Assembly (NCBI GenBank): GCA_048882045.1
Contig: JBHLRZ010000001.1
Location: 160,001-224,000, forward strand
Origin: Candidatus Thorarchaeota archaeon
Lineage (GTDB): Archaea; Asgardarchaeota; Thorarchaeia; Thorarchaeales; Thorarchaeaceae
DNA: 64,000 bases
Reading direction: 5' to 3'
Part shown: positions 58,376 to 64,000 of the stretch, piece by piece
Layout of the letters: each line of letters begins with the position of its first letter
How positions within the stretch are numbered: position 1 is the first letter of the stretch
The notes under the pieces: model-generated
What the model was told of the DNA's origin: nothing
Seen by the model: only the letters and a program-made list of their open reading frames with translations
Database searches by the model: none
Made by a program: the position numbers and the translations under genes

Positions 58376-59635
58376 TCATTTTGGATAGTACTTGTCAATG
58401 GCTTCTCTATACACTTTTTCCTTTGTCTTATGAGCTCCAGGAGTGTCAAGTTCAATATCTCTCTTTTTTGACTTGTCCTCAGAGAGGATCTCCCTGAACA
58501 CCTCATTTTGGATGATTAGTCTCTGGACCTCATTGCTACCAGTCCAAATAGTCGCAAGTCGGGCATCTCGAAATAGTCTCTCAATCGGATAGACATCTGT
58601 GTATCCGATTCCGCCAAGAATCTGCATCGCTTCATGGACAGCGTTGTAACCTGCCTCTGTTGCAAAGACTTTGGCCTGAGAAACCTCCTTTCTGCACCAT
58701 TGACCAGTATCCGCTTTCTTTGCAGCCCGAAAGACAAGACCCCTTGCAGCATCAAGTTGTGTCATGCAGTCTGCAACCTTAAAGCTGATTCCTTCAAACC
58801 GTTTTATCGGTTGACCAAAAGCCTCTCTTTTGTCAGCGTATCGTACAGCAATTTCGATAACAGCACGTCCCATACCAATCGGACCTGCAGCTGATGTCAA
58901 CCTCTCAGGGACCATCATCGCATTGAATACTGCATTTCCATCGTTCAAGTCACCAACGAGGTTGGATTCAGGAATCTCAACATCATTCATTACAATCCTG
59001 GCTGCTCCCATGCCGCGGCAGCCCATGAGGTCATACTCTTCTTCAACCTTTACTCCCATATCTCGATCCACAATGAACGCGCTCAATGATTCATGCGGTT
59101 TCGCATCAAAGTCAGTTTTTGCATATATTAGGAAATAATCTGCACCGATTCCTCCGGCTACGAATCGTTTCTCCCCATTGATGATGTACTTGTCACCTTG
59201 TTTCACTGCGGTTGTGTTTGTCCCAAAGAAGTCTGATCCACCCCTCGGTTCAGTGAGTCCTTCGCCACCGATCTTCTTACCTTGTAACGTTGGAAGAAGG
59301 TACTCCTTCTTCAGTTCAGGAGTTCCAAACTTCTCAATACCTTCACCAACTATACTTGGAAGAGAATATGCACACCCCAATGCTATGCCAAGAACCCCAA
59401 TTTCTTCGAGCACGACTATTTCTGAAACCCAACCAAGACCCCTCCCTCCATATTCTTTCGGAAATCTAAGACCAAGGAGATTCTCCTTGGCGGCTGCTTT
59501 GATGAATTCGTAGGGGTATTCCTTTGTCTTTCCATCCATTGCGATAATTAATTCTCGGTCCACCTTCTCTCTGACGAAAGCTCTAGCTTCGTCACGGATT
59601 CGTTTCTCATCATCATTGAGCAAAATATCAAACAT
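58376..59635 (-). CDS. Acyl-CoA dehydrogenase
   Basis: P.EYGG.G, LTEPRGGSD, NGEKRF, R.AFG..I, QILGGIGY, R.FRD.R...IW.GSNEVQR. Confidence 0.93.
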   Translation of the reverse strand: MFDILLNDDEKRIRDEARAFVREKVDRELIIAMDGKTKEYPYEFIKAAAKENLLGLRFPKEYGGRGLGWVSEIVVLEEIGVLGIALGCAYSLPSIVGEGIEKFGTPELKKEYLLPTLQGKKIGGEGLTEPRGGSDFFGTNTTAVKQGDKYIINGEKRFVAGGIGADYFLIYAKTDFDAKPHESLSAFIVDRDMGVKVEEEYDLMGCRGMGAARIVMNDVEIPESNLVGDLNDGNAVFNAMMVPERLTSAAGPIGMGRAVIEIAVRYADKREAFGQPIKRFEGISFKVADCMTQLDAARGLVFRAAKKADTGQWCRKEVSQAKVFATEAGYNAVHEAMQILGGIGYTDVYPIERLFRDARLATIWTGSNEVQRLIIQNEVFREILSEDKSKKRDIELDTPGAHKTKEKVYREAIDKYYPK

Positions 59636-59656
59636 TTTCCTGACCTCGTAGTTGAA

Positions 59657-59995
59657 CTAATAGCTATCCTGCAATAAAGACTTGAGGGTTTCTTGGGAGC
59701 CTCCTTCTCTTTTGATAGATATGGCATCGACAGGACAGACAATTTCGCAGACAAGACAGAATATGCAGCTGGACTCGTGAATTGGATCAACAACTCTGCG
59801 ATCTTCCCAGTATGAGAAAACATTCGTAGGACAGGCAGTGATACATTTCTCACAACCAAAACACAATGACATATCGACTCCAACTATTACTCCATGGATT
59901 TCAGACGAGGTGTCCTCAGGAGATTGCCAGATTGGGTGTCCATTGTGTTGACCGATTTTTCTCCATGTGTCACGAAAAGATCTATCAATTGGCAC
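59657..59995 (-). CDS. 2x[4Fe-4S] ferredoxin with N-terminal extension
   Basis: CFGCEKCITACP and CIFCLVCEIVCP. Confidence 0.88.
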   Translation of the reverse strand: MPIDRSFRDTWRKIGQHNGHPIWQSPEDTSSEIHGVIVGVDMSLCFGCEKCITACPTNVFSYWEDRRVVDPIHESSCIFCLVCEIVCPVDAISIKREGGSQETLKSLLQDSY

Positions 59996-60036
59996 GATAA
60001 TGTCACAGCTCGAATCCCTTTTAGAAACTGTGGAAA

Positions 60037-60795
60037 CTAGATAAACTTCGATCTATAGGCCTGTAGTAATGAAGCGAGGAGTCTGGCTGTTTCCACGAGT
60101 TTGTCCCAGAATCTCTCAGCACCGTCAGCTGAATTGAGCTGGAGTTCGATGTCAAAATTGTGTGGGCCATAGCTTGGAATCCAGCCACTTATGTCAGCGA
60201 GTGTGAACAGGTGAGCAGACGAGCGGGGATAGATTCGTTCATCAAACATAACGTAGGGGAGGTATGGATCTCTGTCTAGATGATCTTTGGCTAGTCCAGA
60301 ACAACTCTGGGTGGTTTGAAATCCCAGTTCATTCAGCTCTTTAATGTGAGGTTTGATTGATTCGTCGATAAGGTGAAGAATGGATTCAACGGGTATCAAC
60401 TCGTGTTGAGGCCCTTCCCAGTTCTTTCTGTACCATTGAATTTCATAATAGACCCAAGGTGAGCTGGGGATTATTCCATGCAATAGTCCCTGTTTGTACT
60501 GCTCGAGTGATTTCATGACATCTTCGAGGGTCGTAAGTAGCTTCATCCAAGTCTTGAATTTGTCAGAATCGTTTGATAGGCTGGAGAGAAGGACATTGGC
60601 AGATGAAAGGAGCTCAGGTTCCCAAGAGGACACGTCAGCGATTGTAAAAAGATGAGCCTCGATTCCAGGATAGCTAGTATGATCAAATTCAATCTGGGGT
60701 CGATTGTCACTATCAATCCCTAGAGTATAATCAGTCACCAAGACACCATGATCTGAGAGCGTGTTGATTCGTTTCCTTATTGCATCAGAACTCAT
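60037..60795 (-). CDS. Hypothetical protein with internal duplication
   Basis: AHLFTIADVSSWEP / AHLFTLADISGWIP; IDESI...I.ELN..GF.TTQSCSG motif. Confidence 0.6.
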   Translation of the reverse strand: MSSDAIRKRINTLSDHGVLVTDYTLGIDSDNRPQIEFDHTSYPGIEAHLFTIADVSSWEPELLSSANVLLSSLSNDSDKFKTWMKLLTTLEDVMKSLEQYKQGLLHGIIPSSPWVYYEIQWYRKNWEGPQHELIPVESILHLIDESIKPHIKELNELGFQTTQSCSGLAKDHLDRDPYLPYVMFDERIYPRSSAHLFTLADISGWIPSYGPHNFDIELQLNSADGAERFWDKLVETARLLASLLQAYRSKFI

Positions 60796-60880
60796 TATGC
60801 ATATGTGTCCTGGAGTGCTTATGTATCTCCCGAAGTTGTTAAGTGAGGGCTCTGTCCAAGTACAAGGGGGATGTCCAAAG

Positions 60881-61636
60881 ATGACCGAGCGTTTGGCTCA
60901 ATTCGAAGAGATCTATGATATTGTTATTCAGAACCCAAAGAAAGTGCCTGTTGAAACAAGGAAACACTTCTGGAAGTTGGTCCGTCAGATAAAGAGAGAT
61001 CCCAGACCAGACAAGGCAGAGATTCTGAAAGCAGCTGAGATTAGAAATCTCTTGTTTGAAGTAGATAGAGGGAAAACATACCCTCTTGGTCCTGCGTTAT
61101 TGCTGGAGAGTATAGCAGGAATATTGGCTATATTTGGTTACATATGGCTACTGGGAACACCATTGGATTGGAGTGGTCTTTTCACTTGGACTTTGTCAGG
61201 CTGGATTGTGTTCTTCTTTCGATTTCTTTGTGTATTCTTTGCTATCGCGTTTCTTTTCCCTGTAGGGAGAGTTATTGGAAGCAAATGGGCTGGGATTAGA
61301 CTTCTCGGTATGTCTACTTCACAACGTAATGAACCAGCCGTAAAGATAGATTATGTGACCTTTCTCATGGCTCCAGCCTCAAAACGAAAATGGTTCTTTT
61401 TCTTCTCTGGAGTATGGAACATCATAACATCATTGTGGTTAGGGATTCTTGGGATGTATCTTGCATGGGATTATACATCACTCATAGTAATGACTGTGTT
61501 TGCTCTTTTTGAAGGAGCGGTTGTTTTGAGTGGGAACCCTTCATCAGGGTGGGGAGAGATGGGAAATTATAATCGCGAAAAGCGAATTGAAAGAGCATGG
61601 AAAAAGAACTTGGCTAAGTTTGGAGGAAACAGGTGA
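60881..61636 (+). CDS. Multi-pass membrane hypothetical protein
   Basis: Soluble N-domain plus about 4 TMs; start placed at MTERL after a GGGGG RBS to avoid overlap. Confidence 0.62.
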   Translation: MTERLAQFEEIYDIVIQNPKKVPVETRKHFWKLVRQIKRDPRPDKAEILKAAEIRNLLFEVDRGKTYPLGPALLLESIAGILAIFGYIWLLGTPLDWSGLFTWTLSGWIVFFFRFLCVFFAIAFLFPVGRVIGSKWAGIRLLGMSTSQRNEPAVKIDYVTFLMAPASKRKWFFFFSGVWNIITSLWLGILGMYLAWDYTSLIVMTVFALFEGAVVLSGNPSSGWGEMGNYNREKRIERAWKKNLAKFGGNR

Positions 61637-61639
61637 AAT

Positions 61640-62539
61640 TCACCATCTCTCATTAATTTTTGCATCCTGCAACATATATTCTATAACACTTGGCCAAATG
61701 GTCCCATCATCACGTGCCTTGTTCTCGAAATTATTCGTGTTTGTCCATTCTTCAAGAGCTGATTTTTCCCGTTCGGAAAACTCGTCACTCACTGGTTTGT
61801 CCAAGAATCCAAGCTTGATCAATGCGTTCTGAATCAATTTTGCTACCTTCCCTTCGATTGTGATCAAGGTTCCAGGATCCTCTCTACTTAGGAGTGTCAT
61901 GTCATATATTTTGAAGATTCGTTCAAGTTCATCAATTGGGCTTGGATGTTCATCGACTCTAACGTCAACATATCTGTCATTTCCACCCTCATATCCTCCA
62001 CCCTCACGAACAACGAATATTGCGGCAGACTGCATTCCCCTACTATCTCCACCAGCTGCTTGGCCTGCTTTGAGGCCAGCAAACAACTTGTCAATTAGGT
62101 CACCCTCTGTACTCTCAAAAGCACTGGCCATGTTGACAACTACAGCTTCTCTTGCAAGGATGTTACCTTGACAAGCATATCCTTCACCGATGATATGACC
62201 AGCCCATTCCATACATTCTTTTCCAGTATGTGAAACAGCCTTTCCATTTGTGTCTACAATTCCAATCTGTCGATGCTCTCGACCATCATCTGCATCAAGT
62301 AAAATCTTGAGAGTTTTGGAGGCACTCTTCCTCTCTTCAAGAAGAACCAGTCCTTTAGGTCCATATCCGACATTAGCCCAAGCCTGGGTAGCAATTGCTC
62401 CAACGTTGGCTTTTGCCCAAGGAACCACAGAACCAACAGCTGGAAATTTCGATTGAACAATGACACCAAGATCCCCATTTACTGGATCTCGAGCGACAAT
62501 TGAGAATGTTGAGGGACAACTCTTCTTTGACATCATCAC
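61640..62539 (-). CDS. DUF1028 family (Ntn-hydrolase-like) protein
   Basis: TFSIVARD, SKFPAVG, GAIATQ, HTG, QGNIL, GGDSRG.QSAA, VRVDEH..P..EL. Confidence 0.9.
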   Translation of the reverse strand: MMMSKKSCPSTFSIVARDPVNGDLGVIVQSKFPAVGSVVPWAKANVGAIATQAWANVGYGPKGLVLLEERKSASKTLKILLDADDGREHRQIGIVDTNGKAVSHTGKECMEWAGHIIGEGYACQGNILAREAVVVNMASAFESTEGDLIDKLFAGLKAGQAAGGDSRGMQSAAIFVVREGGGYEGGNDRYVDVRVDEHPSPIDELERIFKIYDMTLLSREDPGTLITIEGKVAKLIQNALIKLGFLDKPVSDEFSEREKSALEEWTNTNNFENKARDDGTIWPSVIEYMLQDAKINERW

Positions 62540-62714
62540 TGAACTCCTTTAGCTGCTAAAACTGGATAGGGGAAATCCCTGTATTTAGGCAATCCGATTA
62601 GATTGGCGAGTTATGAAAGTGCCATTATTTTTTAGGGAAACCTTTTCTTGCAGGAACCTAGGCGAGATAGTAGGGAGGACACTGAGATTGACTGCTGAAA
62701 TCTTCATCAGGTAT

Positions 62715-63182
62715 ATGACAACAAGTGGACTAGAGAAGTCTATGCGTTATGACACAGATGAAACAAGAATCAATCTCGATGTCCGTGACATTGCAGAGAT
62801 TGATCTTCTTCCCATTATCTGGTGCGAAAATCTAGAATCGATTAGTATCAGAAGCAACAACCTCACAGAAATAGATCTCTCACCATTGGAGAAGGTAGGA
62901 AGGAATGTAAAGGCAGTTCGGTTGAGCCACAATCGTATTCAAGAAATTGATCTTGAACCTCTTAGCTCATGTCCTAACCTTGAAGAATTTTCGATTACTG
63001 AAAACCGTCTGAAAAGAATAGATCTTTCCCCTCTGTTTCAATGTCCATATCTCAAGGAGCTAAATATTGACGATGATGTTTCACTTACTGCAAACCTTCT
63101 TCTTAGGTCCGTTGGGAGTTGGCCAGAGGTTCTGATTGAAAAATATCACAAAATTCTGTGGAAGAGTGACACTACAGAGTAG
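62715..63182 (+). CDS. Leucine-rich repeat protein
   Basis: L..I.I..N.LTEIDLSPL-type repeats (about 4). Confidence 0.82.
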   Translation: MTTSGLEKSMRYDTDETRINLDVRDIAEIDLLPIIWCENLESISIRSNNLTEIDLSPLEKVGRNVKAVRLSHNRIQEIDLEPLSSCPNLEEFSITENRLKRIDLSPLFQCPYLKELNIDDDVSLTANLLLRSVGSWPEVLIEKYHKILWKSDTTE

Positions 63183-63197
63183 CAGGAGGTTCTTCTT

Positions 63198-64000
63198 TTG
63201 AACTTTGGAATTGAAGGAAAACACATCCTAATCACTGGAGCATCGGGAGGAATAGGACTAGTCACAGCACGTATGTTCCTAGAAGAAGGAGCTATAGTCA
63301 CTGGCACATACAAGACTTCAGATGAGTCAATGCAGGAGCTCAAGGCAAAATACTCTGACTCTCTGAAAATCATCAGAGTGGACCAGACATCCGAAGAGGA
63401 GGTCCGGAACCTGTTTGATGATGCATATCAGACATTTGGCCGTGTTGATGTACTCGTTGCAAATGCAGCCATTTCCAATCCTGAAGGACGGGCTATTCAA
63501 GACATGACCCTAGACCAATGGAATGAAACCCTTCGTGTGAATCTTACAGGTTCCTTTCTCTGCGCGAAATACTTCTTTTCGAACTTAGAGAAGTATCCTG
63601 GAGATTCAGCATCTTTGATTTTGGTAGGTTCGACTGCAGGACTATTTGGTGAAGCATGGTATGTCGATTATTCTACATCAAAAGCCGCAATGCATGGAAT
63701 GATGATGAGTCTGAAAAACGAAATAGTTCATCTCGCTCCAAGAGGACGAGTTAATCTTGTGAATCCAGGTTGGACGATGACACCCATGGCTGAGAAAGCA
63801 CTCAGTGACCGAGATATGGTAAGACGGATTCATCAAACCATCCCTATGCGTAAGACAGCTGTACCAGAAGACATAGCTGGAGCGATTCTATATCTGGCGT
63901 CAGACAAGCTCGCAGGACATGTAAGTGGACAGACGATAACTGTTGCAGGCGGCATGGAGGGGCGGGTCCTATTTACTCTAGAAGAAGTGGATTCTACTTA
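63198..64000 (+). CDS. Short-chain dehydrogenase/reductase (partial; stop at or just past the right edge)
   Basis: Manual translation from TTG at 63198 after GGAGG: TGASGGIG, NAA, YSTSK, VN.V.PGW..TPM; absent from the ORF track. Confidence 0.9.
   Translation, partial: MNFGIEGKHILITGASGGIGLVTARMFLEEGAIVTGTYKTSDESMQELKAKYSDSLKIIRVDQTSEEEVRNLFDDAYQTFGRVDVLVANAAISNPEGRAIQDMTLDQWNETLRVNLTGSFLCAKYFFSNLEKYPGDSASLILVGSTAGLFGEAWYVDYSTSKAAMHGMMMSLKNEIVHLAPRGRVNLVNPGWTMTPMAEKALSDRDMVRRIHQTIPMRKTAVPEDIAGAILYLASDKLAGHVSGQTITVAGGMEGRVLFTLEEVDST

Overview
Gene-dense archaeal chromosomal segment, most likely from an Asgard archaeon (Thorarchaeia-like). This is inferred from HdrABC, a four-subunit 2-oxoacid:ferredoxin oxidoreductase, a Rab-like GTPase, a longin-domain protein, and SCP2, LRR and NYN proteins. 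About 75 CDSs cover anaerobic energy and amino-acid/fatty-acid catabolism (a large permuted HdrA, two hdrCB pairs, korDABC, 2-hydroxyacyl-CoA dehydratase plus activator, two acyl-CoA ligases, acyl-CoA dehydrogenase, a GlcD-like oxidase), ahcY, msrA, a short alaS, transporters and many membrane proteins. I saw no rRNA, tRNA, CRISPR array or transposase. Highlights: (1) a longin + tandem winged-helix protein resembling the GATOR1 subunit NPRL2, next to a Rab-like GTPase, with both lying inside a split korDA|korBC operon; (2) an exported protein built from about 12 copies of a 12-aa D(F/W/Y)RLDPGE(T)VS(I/V) repeat, which shares a GTAA-N5-TTAC palindromic operator with an adjacent ribbon-helix-helix regulator; (3) a tandem duplication of the slot between convergent ahcY and enolase-family genes, where two diverged alleles each carry a different cargo gene and are joined at a 3-bp microhomology; (4) a C2HC-zinc-finger/Regnase-like NYN nuclease; (5) an unannotated 55-aa two-repeat metal-binding protein; (6) recurrent GC-rich hairpins at gene ends. 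All family calls come from motif recognition, not database searches.
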